A program made the translations under genes and the position numbers. The notes below the pieces were generated by a model. It made no database searches. It saw only the letters and a program-made list of their open reading frames with translations, and was not told the DNA's origin. 64,000 nucleotides of DNA from Cyanophora paradoxa CCMP329 (taxonomy: Eukaryota > Plantae > Glaucophyta), in NCBI GenBank assembly GCA_004431415.1, contig QPMI01000039.1:496001-560000 (forward strand). The letters are read 5' to 3'. Positions 36,491 through 47,126 of the stretch are shown here, piece by piece. Position 1 is the stretch's first letter, and each line of letters opens with the position of its first letter.

Positions 36491-37098
36491 CTACTCGTGG
36501 CGCCGGGCGAGCCCGGCCGGCATCTGGCTCTGAAGCGACTGCCGCAGCGCCTGCCGCCCTCCCGCGCCCGTTGCCGCCGCTGTTGCTGCCGGGGCCGCCG
36601 CCGCGGGCCCTTGCCCTCGGGGCGGGCGGCCGCGGCCCCGCCGGAGCCGCGGGGGTGGACGGGCGGCGGCTGCGCTCGCTGCTCCGCTGGCGGCGGCGCG
36701 GAGCTTGGCCTGGTAGTGCTCGTTGAAGTCGAGGCGGAAGATGAAGCCCTGGAAGCCCAGCGCCCCCTCGTGCGCCCCCGCGCCCCCCGCGCCCCCCGCC
36801 CCGCCCGCCCCGCCCGCCGGCCCCGCCAGCATCCCCAGCAGGTTCGCCATCCCCTGCGCGTACTCCGCCTGCGCCTGCGAGCAACGCCGGCATCGGCCCG
36901 GGGTACGCGGGGCGGGGGGGGGGCCGGGCGCGGGGGGGTACGCGCCTGGACGATGGCGGGGACGACGGTGGAGGGTACGTGCTCGCGGATGGAGGGCCCA
37001 AGGCCTCCGCCCTCCCCGTCGTAGTACTGCGCGCCCCCGCTCGGCCGAAGAACGAAGGATAGAGGGGGGTACAGACCTTCTCGGCCTCGTCGGAGGCG
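36491..37098 (-). pseudogene. TUBGCP3: GCP3 3'-terminal fragment, second copy
   Basis: Direct near-copy of ~47127-47724 with FRLDFNEHY. Confidence 0.85.
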
Positions 37099-37837
37099 AT
37101 ACGGGGCGGGGACCTGACGGCGAGGGAGAGGAGGAAAGCAGCTGCGACGGGGCGGCCGCGGACGACGGCCGCGTGGAGCGCGAGGTGCGCGAGGGTCACC
37201 TGCGGCGGCGTCGGCGTCCGCGGGCGGGCGGGCGGGCGGGGCCGGGGCGGGGCGGGGCCGGGGCGGGCCTGCCAGCAGTCGTTGAAGAGACCGTTAAACT
37301 TTCACGGAGGCAACGTCCATCAGCCCGCTGGCGAGACCGATCCCGATCGCGTCCCGCACAGCAGCCACGGGCGCGAGCCGAAACACCAAAACGAAGCGGG
37401 CGCGAGAAAGGACCCAGCACCAACGCGAAGCGCCCATCGTCGGAGATGTAATGCAGCGCGATGTGAGTCCACGGTGCCCGCAGAAGCCGCCTTGGTGTCT
37501 GGCGGTAGCGTCTGCTGGGTCAACGGCGTCTAGTGCGAGCTGCCGTACGTGTGGGGATATTGTGCGGCCCTCGATGGCCTCGTAGTCGCACTCCCCGTTG
37601 ACGATGTGATCGACCTGGTCCATATACGCCCACCTGCGAGCGCGGTGCGAGGTACAGCGCTGTATAGCAGCGCGCGGCCCGCGGGCGGCCAGAGCCCGAC
37701 GCGGACCAGTCGATCGCATGGAAAGGCCCGTGGATCGCGAAGGCGACGTTCAGGACGATATCCAGCAGCAGCAGCCACGTCCGCCAGCCCAGCCCCGCGA
37801 GCCGAGTCGCGGGCGCTCCGACCGCCGCCTTCGCCAT
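37099..37837 (-). pseudogene. ALG3: ALG3-like 5' fragment with replaced internal segments, fused to the GCP3 3' fragment
   Basis: MAKAAVGAP...HAIDW and WAYMDQVDHIVNGECDYEAIEGRT are kept. The PLVYP region and parts of 37300-37430 are replaced by unrelated sequence. Confidence 0.85.
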
Positions 37838-38158
37838 CTGAGTGCAGCGCGCATGCAACTGGCCGCGCTCCGGAGCCGCTAGCGCTGCGATCGAACGAGA
37901 AGAGCTTCAAGTTGAAGTCTCCTGTACCCGGGGGCGAAGTGGTCGGACTGTGGCCCGACTGGTCGAGCGGCGCCAGCACGTGTTATTCCAGAGCGCTGCA
38001 CGCATAGCAGAGTGCCGCAGAAGCGCTACCAGCGGCGAGCAGCGTGACGGCAGACCGCTGGGAGTTCGGAGGCCCAGCGTGGCGGCACGACCATCCAGAG
38101 GGATTCCGAACCTAGCTAGCAGCTCTCTCGAGGAGCGGCGAGCGGTTCCAGGCCGGCC

Positions 38159-40773
38159 ATGGCGTCGTTCGGGCGGGCGCCAGCGCCAGTCTTCGGGTCG
38201 ACGCGCAAAGTGAACGCGCTCGATGCTCAGGGCTACAGGGTGCGTTCTTCCTTCCGATGCAGTCGAAGGCGGCGCATGTCGCGGCCGTGGCTTCTGAGCT
38301 GGCCGCTTGGACCCCGCGGCGTACACCCAGCGCTCGCTTAGATGCGCGTTCGGCAGGTCGCCGGTGCGAGCGGCATGCACACGGTGGATCCTGAGGAGGA
38401 GGCCGGTGCGGTGCCGCTCGCTCGCTCCGGCCGCTCCGCCCGTCGAGACGCGTTGCGGGCCGCAGCGTACCTCGAGTGGTTCAACAAGTCGTTCCAGGAC
38501 GACGCGGACATCGGCTCGTTCGTGCCGCTCGCCCCGGACCAGCTCTTCACGCTCCTCGTCGAGCCCTACGTCTGGTGGTGCGCCGCCCCGCCCGCCCCGG
38601 ATTTGATCCGCGTCCGTTGCGAGCGCGGGGGCGGCGCAGCAAGCTCCTGAACCGCGCCTCGCCGGGGGCCTTCACGGCGGAGCAGGTCCGCTCCATGAAG
38701 GGCCAGGTCCGCTCCCGCCGCCCCTCGCGCCCCGTCGCGGGTTCGGAGCTGACGCCGGGCGGCAGACGCGGCGCATCCAGCAGGTGAACAACCTGAACGC
38801 CATCATCGAGAAGGTGCGCTCGGGGTCGGGCCGGCGGTCAGCGCCGCGCCGAGCGCGCCGCAGGCCCGCGCCATCGGCTGCCAGCTCGTCAACATCTCTG
38901 GCGCCGACATCGCCGACGGTGCCCCGAGCCCCGCGGCCGCCCCGCCGCCCCGCAGCCGCCTCCGCGGCCTCACACGCGCACACAGGGAGCAAGACCCTCA
39001 TCCTCTCGATGCTCTGGCAGGTCCTGGAGGTCGGTACCCCCTACTGCTCCCCCGCCCCCCCGCTCTATCCTTATCTCCCCTACCCCCACAGCGCGGCCTG
39101 CTCTCCAGCATCTCGCTGAACCGCCAGCCCGGTGCGGGCCGGCCCCCGCCCGGCCACTTGCCTCCTCCGCCGCCCGCCGAGGCGCCCGCGCAGAGCTTCG
39201 GAAGCTGCTGGAGCGGGGCGAGACGATCGAGGACCTGCAGCACCTGCCCCCCTACGACCTCCTCCTCCGCTGGGTCAACTGTGCGCCCCGCCGCCCGTCT
39301 CAACTCTCCTGCTCTCGGCCCCGCCGACGCGCCCCCGCGACCCAGACCACCTCGCGAACTCGGACACGAGCCGTCGCATCACCAACTTCGGCAGCGACAT
39401 CAAGGCGCGCCCGGCGCCCCGCGTACCCCCCCGCCGCCTCACGCTGTACCCAGGACTCGGAGGTGTACACGCACCTGCTGTACCAGGTCGGGCGCTTCGA
39501 CGGCTGCGACATGAGCCCCCTGCAGGCGCCCCCGCCCCGCCCCCCCGCCAGCCCACCAGCCCGCCTGCTCGCGTCGCCCGCGCTGACCCGCCGGCCGCAG
39601 AACCGGAACCTGGTGGACCGGGCGGCCGCGGTGCTGGTGCAGGCGGACAAGATCGGCTGCCGCCGCTTCGTCAAGAAGGAGACCATCGTCGCCGTGCGCC
39701 GTACCCCCCGGGCGGGGGGGAGGGGGTAGGGGCTCACCCGGGGCGCAGGGGAACGAGCGCCTGAACCTCGCGTTCGTCGCGACCATCTTCAACGAGCGGA
39801 ACGGGCTCAACCTGCCCCTGGGTACGCGATCGGATCCCCGCCCCCGCGGGGGTACGCGGCACGATCCGCCTTCGCCGTAGGCCAGTGCACGTTCGAGCCG
39901 AAGGCGATCCAGCTGACGGCCCCGGAGGGGGGGTACGCGACGGCCTCGTTCAAGATCTGGAACCAGGGGCGGGGCCCGATGCTCTGGGCCGCCGACCACC
40001 CGCACTGGGTCCGCACGGCGGAGCCGCGGCAGGGGTACCTGGAGTGCGGGGCGTGGCAGACGGTGCACCTGACCGCGCACTGCACGACGGCGGGGGACGT
40101 GCGCGGGGCGCTCGAGATCACGGGCGGGGAGGCCCCGGCGCCGCTGCCCGTCTCCGTCCGCGTGGTGCCCGGGGTGCTGGAGATCGAGCCGGCGGAGCTG
40201 GTCTTCGAGGTGCCCGAGCTCGGGCAGTGCCGCCGCCAGCTCTCCATCCGCAACGCGTGCGTCCCCCTCCAGGATACCCTTTGCAGCCCGTCCGACCGCG
40301 CACCCCTCCCGCAGCGGCGCCGGTGCGATGACGTGGCGCCTGGAGATGGGGCCGGCCGACCCTCGGGACCGGTTCCCGTGCCCCCTTCCTCCCCGCCCCA
40401 CTTCTCACCTTACCCCCCGCGGCAGGGCCCCGACCGGGGCGAGGACGCAGTACCTCGAGGCGACGAGCGGGGGGGTACGCTGGAGGCGAGGCAGGCGGCC
40501 TGCATCGAGGTGAGCGCAGCGGCAGCGGGCCAGGGCGGCATCGGAGCGCCGCGCTGACTTGGCCTGGGGCCAGGCGCGGGCGCCGCGGCAGCCCGAGGGC
40601 TTCGGCACGCGGCGCGCCTCGGTGGTCGTGAGCGGCGGGGGGTACCGCCGCGAGATCCCCTGCACCATCTCCTCCCTCCAGGGCCCGCCCCTCACCTCTC
40701 CCTCCCGCCTTCGCTTTTGAGCGCCTGGCGCAGGGGTGCTGCGGGTGGACCCGCCCCAGCTGCTCTTCGAGGT
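38159..40773 (+). pseudogene. 3'-truncated duplicate of the CH/Ig/VWA gene (complete CH1-CH2 + two Ig repeats); may encode a shortened protein
   Basis: Inverted copy of 14931-17573 without the internal deletion; same breakpoint (ctgctcttcgaggt|gcatgatcc) as the 28179-30250 copy. Confidence 0.8.
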
Positions 40774-41283
40774 GCATGATCCGAATTTCATCGAGCCATT
40801 CGCAATTGCAAAGCCAAACAGTTTGTTCGAGCTCCGGACCCGGATCCGGATCCGTTCGCGCATCCAAGGCGCAGTAGGGCTCGAGCTCTCGCGTTCAACT
40901 CGTATCGTATTGAAGTTGAATTCGGATATCGAAAATTTAAATTGCAACGGCAGAAACCAGAATAGGCGCAACTTCTTCAACATTCATGCGCATGAAGCAA
41001 GCCTAAGCCTCGGAGTGCACCTGCGGCTCGCGGCCGTGGATCCCGTGATGAGCTGCTTAAGTCCCAAGCGATTTCCAGTGATCATCATCAGAGTCACCGA
41101 TCTGGACTCGATCGGCGATTCGATGATCGCGAGTCTCAGCTCATGATCACAGCTTCGGTTTATGATCAAGTGATCACAATAAGCGCGAGAACTAAATTAA
41201 ACGAAAAAGGGGCGGGTGTTACAACATGCTATGGTACAAGTCGGGGCGCCGGCGCCGGCGGGCCGGCGGCGAGGGCGGGGCGC

Positions 41284-44200
41284 TCAGTAGACGGCGATGC
41301 CGGCGACGGCGGCGTCGATGGCGGCGGCCTCGTCGGCCGCCGCGCCCTCCTCGCCAGAGTCGCTCTCCTCCGCGCCGCTGTCCGTGAGCGATGCACTGTC
41401 GACGTCGAACTCCGCGACAGCCTGCCGCGGGGAAGGGCTTAGAGGGCAAGCGCGAGCTGTGAGGAGATGGAGCAGCGGGCACCGGGTCGGCGGCCGGGGC
41501 GACGGGCTCGACGTCGGCGCTCGGCTCGAAGGTGACGGTCTCGCCGACGGCGAGCTTGTCGACGATCTGCCCCCGCACCGAGCCCGTCAGATGAATCGCG
41601 GGGCGGGCGCGGGGAGGCCGGCGGCGCGCACGGCGGCGGCGGCGTCGATCTCCTCCTGCGGGACGCTGGCGACCTCGGCGTCCGGGGTCGAGAGGAGCTT
41701 GACGACGTGCTCGATCTCCGCCGCGCAGCAGTCGTGGTGCGTCGCGTTGCAGATGTCGAACGGGTCGTGCTTCACTGCCGCCCCGCTTGAACCGCAGCGG
41801 GGCGGGCCGGGGCGGGCCGGGGCGGGGCGGGGCGGGGCGCACGCTCGATGTGGCTCTCCTCGAGGAGGCACTTGAGCTCGGCCTGCTTCTCGGTGACCTC
41901 CCCGCGCAGGCACTCGATCTGGCCCTTCAGCTCCTCCAGGTCCCCGTACAGCCGCGCGATGTCGCACTTGTACTCCTCAATGTCTTTCTCCAGGCACGCG
42001 ATCGCCTTCTCGTCGAGGGGGTAGTCGTGCTTCAGCTCCTCCAGCTCGCACTCGAGCTCGATGAGCTGCAGCCGGCGTCAGCTAGGCCGCGGCAGGGCCC
42101 GCGGGGCCGGGGCGGCTGCGCGCGCACCGCCTCCTTCTTGGCGCCGAGCTCCTTCAGCGTCTCGAGCTTGTACAGCTGCAGGCGCGCTCGCGGTCAGGGC
42201 CGGCAGCGCCGCGCGGGCGGGCGGGGCGGGCCTTGAGCTCGCAGAGCTTGGCGACGAGCTCGTAGTAGCACGGCAGCTTCTCGTAGAACTCCTGCGCCTT
42301 GTGGTTCTTCTCGTCGCAGCAGACGACGTCCTCCGCCCAGCCGCCCTTGCTCGCCGGCAGGTCCGGGTCGCACGGGTCGCAGTTCCCCTCGCCGTCGCAC
42401 GCCGGGTACGGCCCGACCTGCTCGTACGTGCCGTCGATGAGCTTGCACTTGCGCACCTGCCGCGGCGCGTCAGGAGGGGCCGAGCGAGCGGACCGGGCGG
42501 CGGGCGGGACGCGGGGCGGGGGGCGGGGCGGGGCGCACGCAGAAGTACTCGTCGTCGTAGAGCTCGTCCTTCGGCACGCCGATATCGTCCGAGTGGAGCG
42601 CGTCCCCGTCCAGGAACTGCTCCAGCACCTCGCACTGCGCCCGCCGATCGCGCGAGGCGCCCTCGTGAGCATCGAGGGCGGGCTGGATCGAGCTGCGGGG
42701 CAGCGCGCCTTGTCGATGCACTCGTGCTGGGGCTTGATCTTGAGGAGGACGGGGCACTTGGCGTACTTCGGGCAGAACGCCGGCGCGCTGCCGGCCCCCG
42801 CCGATCGCAAGTGAGACGGGGCCGCCGGCCGACGGCGTGGGGCGGCGGACGCACAACTCGATGACGCCGGTGGGCGTGCACTCGGTGTGCTTGTTGTGCA
42901 CGTCCTCGCAGACGTTGAAGGTGCACTGCTTCTTGCAGCCGTGCTCGTCCGCCTCCTTCCACTTGGCGTTGTCGAAGTTGTAGTCGCAGAAGCGCACCTC
43001 TCCGCACGGCTTCACCTGCGCCCGCGGCGTCGGCGCGGGCGGAGCCGCGCGAGGCAGCCCCGCGCCCTGCGCCGGGGGCGCACCTCGTTCTCGCAGCAGT
43101 CGCCGGGCACGTACTTCTCGCACGGCTCGTTCGGCGCGTCGGGCTTCTGGAAGACGTAGGTCTTGATGGTGCCCGTCTCGAGCGCCGGCTTGATGCTGCC
43201 CGCCCGTCAGGCCGGCCCGCGTCCCCGTTGGGCTGGGGGGCGGGGAGGGCGCACAAGTAGCCCTTGATCTTGACGTCGTTGTACTGCTCGTAGCAGCCCT
43301 CGGCCTGCGGTCCGGGGCGCCTCAGAGAGGGCCGGGCCCGGGGCACGTTTGCGCCGCGCCGCCCGCACCCAGGCCTTGCCCTCCTGCGTCCAGTCCGCGT
43401 GGCCATGCTTCTCCACGTAAGCCTTCCAGTCGACCGGCTGCTTCGTCTGCTCGCCGGGCGCCCCGTGAGCGCAGAGCGGCAGGAGCGGGCGCGCCCGCCC
43501 CGAGGGCTCGGCGGACCGTGTAGGTGAGCTTGTAGGGCTGCTCGGCGATCGTCACGTTGAGGCACTTGTCGACGTGGACGGTCTGCTCGGTGCACGCGTG
43601 GAAGGGCTTGGCCTCGAAGACGTCCTCGAGGCTCCAGCCGCCGCACTCCAGCGCCTCCTTGAAGCCGCACGGCAGCTGCTCCTCGCACACGCGCGGCAGC
43701 GTCGCCAGCTGCTCGCACCCCTGCAGCGCGATCCTGCGCACAGTCGGCGGCGGCCGGTGTGGCGGGGCGGGGCGGGCGGCCGGCGGGGCGCCGGCGCACT
43801 TGGGCAGCTCGCAGGGGGTCTTGAAGTCGCTCTCGCAGCACTCCTCGTCGTGCGGGCAGACGTCGAGGTCGACGTTGCAGACGGTGAGGTCCTCGCACGG
43901 GCCGACGTGGCAGTAGTACTTGTCGACGGGGTCGCACTTGCCCGGCTCCGGGATGACCACGCTCTCGTGGTCGATCTTCGGCTCGCAGGTCGCCGCGAAG
44001 TGCAGGTCCCCGAACTGCGGCGGGGGCGCTCGGCGCCGCGAAGGGCACGCCGGCGGGCGGGCGGGCGGGGCGCACCTTGTACTCGGGGCAGTCGAGCTCC
44101 TTCAGGATCGGCGTCTTGTCGTCTGCAGCGGCCGCTCAGGGGCGCCCCGGACGGAAGACGGGAGGCGGGAACCGCGCACAGAAGACCTTGGTCTTGCCGA

Positions 44201-45752
44201 AGTAGACCTTGTCGGTCTCGACCTGCTGCGTCGTCTCGATCGTGCCCGTCTCCTTGTAGTCCACCACCTTGTAGTCCGTCCCGGTGATCTTGAACTTCTG
44301 CGTGGCCCTGCGCGCCGCCGTCAAGAGGCGGGGCGGCCGGCCAGGCGCCGCCCCGCGCACCCGACGGTGCCGCAGCGCTCGGCCTCATTGGTGTAGAGGG
44401 CGTCACCGTAGAACTTCTTCTCCCCGCAGTCCTTCACCTCGCCGATCACTGCGGCCCATCAGCGGTGCAGGCGGGTGGGGCGGGGCGGGCGGGGGCACCC
44501 TTGAAGGGCCGCTTGTACTCGGCCTCGTAGACCTTGACGCCGTCGGGCTCGGAGCAGGGCGTCGTCTGGCAGCGGTCCTGCGTGATCTCCGCCAGCAGCT
44601 CCTTCGCCTGCGCGCGCCCCGCACGTCAGATGCCTGAGGCCCTGCCCGTGCGGGCCGGCGGGGCGGGCGGGCCTCGGTGCAGCAGCCGTCCTCGCCGCCC
44701 TTGATGATGGTGGCGTTGGCCTCGACCGAGCCGTGCGTGTACTCGTGCTCCGCGGGGCACGGGCAGTCCACCTGCAGGGGGTACTCGCTCTCCTCGCACC
44801 CCTCCGAGCAGAAGTCGCTGCCCGCCGCGGCCGGCGTCAGAGAAGGCGGGCGGGCTTGGCGCGAGGGCGGCGGGCCGGTGCACCAGGGGTCCTGGTCGCC
44901 GTGGTGCGACTCCTCGCCGTCGTGCTCGGAGCCGTCGTGCTCCGACGGCTCCGACGGCTCCGACGGCGGGGGGTACTCGTCGTCGTGCTCCGACTCCCCG
45001 TGCTCCTCGCCGTCGGAGTGCTCCTCCTGCGCGGCGGAGATCGGCCCGTGCAGCCGGCGGCTCTCGGCCCCGCCCGCCCACCTCGCCGTTCTCCTCGCCA
45101 GAGCCGTAGCCGTTGGAGGCCTTCTCCTCGTGGCCGTCGCCGTTCTCAGAGCCGCCCTCGTGCTGCGAGCCGGCGCTGGTCAGCAAAAGCGGCACCCTGC
45201 CCGCGGCCCGGCCCCCCACCTCGCCGTTCTCTTCGCCAGAGCCGTAGCCGTTGGAGGCCTCCTCCTCGTGGCCGTCGCCGTTCTCAGAGCCGCCCTCGTG
45301 CTGCGAGCCGGAGCTGGTCAGCGAACGCGGCGCCCCGCCCCGCGGCCCGGCCCGCTTGCCTCGCCGTCCTCGCCCCCCTCCTCCGACTCGCCGCCCTGCG
45401 CGGCCTCGGCGTCGGCCGCCTGCGAGGCCGACGCTGTTTTGGAGGGCGGGCGCACGTCGTTGTGGTTGCCGAGGATCTCGACGAGCAGCTCGTCCGCCGG
45501 CACCGGCGCCTCCGGCTCCGGCTCCTGCGGCCGCGGGCGGCGGTCAAGAGGCTGCGGACGGGTGTGCAGCGAGGCCCGCGGCGGCGCACCGCGGCGATCG
45601 CGGGCTCAGCGGCGGCGGTCCCCTCCTGCGGCAGGCGGCGCGCGCGCGCGTGAGGGCGGGGGCGGGCGGAGGGGCGGGGCGGGGCGGGGGCGCACGGGGG
45701 CGAGGAGGACCTCGGGAAGGGTCGCGGGGGCGGCCTCGGTCTCGGTCGACAT
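41284..45752 (-). CDS. Cys-rich protein copy 3 (type B cassette), apparently intact
   Basis: Same exon chain as copy 1 outside the cassette; homopolymer lengths preserve the frame where copy 2 is shifted. Confidence 0.85.
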
Positions 45753-47126
45753 GCTGCGCGGCGCCCGCCCGCCCCGTCAGCGCCCCGCCCGCCGGCGCCG
45801 GCGGCCCGCGCATCCGTCCGCACGTTCAAGAGCGGCTTCGCACGAACGAACGGGTTTGAAGACGAACTGCGGCGGCGGCGCGCGTGGTCAGCGGAAGGCG
45901 CCGCCGCTATCGGCGGCTAAGTTGGCGGGGCAGCGCTTTGGCAAACTTCGCGGGGCCGCGGGGAGGCTAGGCCTGGGCTACGCGCGCGCAGAGCTCGCCC
46001 TTGGCCGCCGGGCGGGACGGACCTTGAGAGCAGCGATCCGAGATCAGCGAACTGCGGCGGCGGGGCGAGGCCGCGCGCTCTTGTAGGGCCGGCTGACCGC
46101 ACTCGGAGCTGGTTCTGGTCTGCCGTCGGTATGACTTCCGAGTCCGCTGCTGGCGGCGCGAAACGCTCTCAGTCTCGATAGTGTCGATAACCAGAGCGCA
46201 CGGATCAGAGCGGCTGCAGATCTAGAGAGCTGGCTCGCCGCGCGAGCTGACCGCGAACGAACCGGCGCGAGTGGACCACAACTGACAGGGGTCGAACGAA
46301 TAAAAAAGAGAAAAAGCGAGGAAAAAAAGCTCCGAAAATGAACCGGTTCTGTGGACCAAAGCTCCGACAGCCTCCGAGACCAGTTCTGACGGGTCAAGTC
46401 ACGCCTCAAGTGATTCAGGTCACGGACGGAAAAGCTCCGAATAGCGAAAAAAGGGAGCCGTCAACTTGAAAGTCCGGTTCAACCTCGAGTTGACCGCTCA
46501 AGCTCCGAAAACTGCAGCGAAAGTTCCGAAGAGGGGTCAACGCGAACCAGAAGAGCTGAGAAGCGGTCGGAAACTGCGGGTCGGTCGCGCTTAGACCACA
46601 TAAGGACTCGGAGAGCTCTGAAAGTACGAACAGTTCCGAGCATGATCCGATTATCATCTCTAAGAAACTAGTTCTCTAAGACAGTGGGGCCCATGGCCAG
46701 TCAAAGAATCGGAAGTTGTGAAACAGAGACAGCCGGAGACAGCCGAAACAGGAAAAAAACATTTCAACCGGTTCTCTTAGACAGTGGAAGGATCAGGGTC
46801 AAAACGAATGGGGGGCCCCGGGCGGGGTAGAGAGGAGAGGGGTGGGGGGTGGGGGGCGGGAGGGGGGGGGAATGAATCGGGAGGGCCGGGAGGGGAACGA
46901 AGGGACAGCCCGCTCAGATCAAATTGCGAAGGACGTGAAAGGGGGCCAGGGGGTAGATCGCGGAGGCGACGGAGCTTTGGAACAAGAAGAAAAGAGAAAT
47001 GGCGGCGCGCGTGAGAGCCAGCGGGGACGCAGCCGCGCAAAAGGCGACTCCTCATCTATTCCGACACGAGCGCTGCTAGCTCTACGGACGGCGGGCCGGG
47101 GGCGCGCGCGGGGCCCGCCCCGCGGG

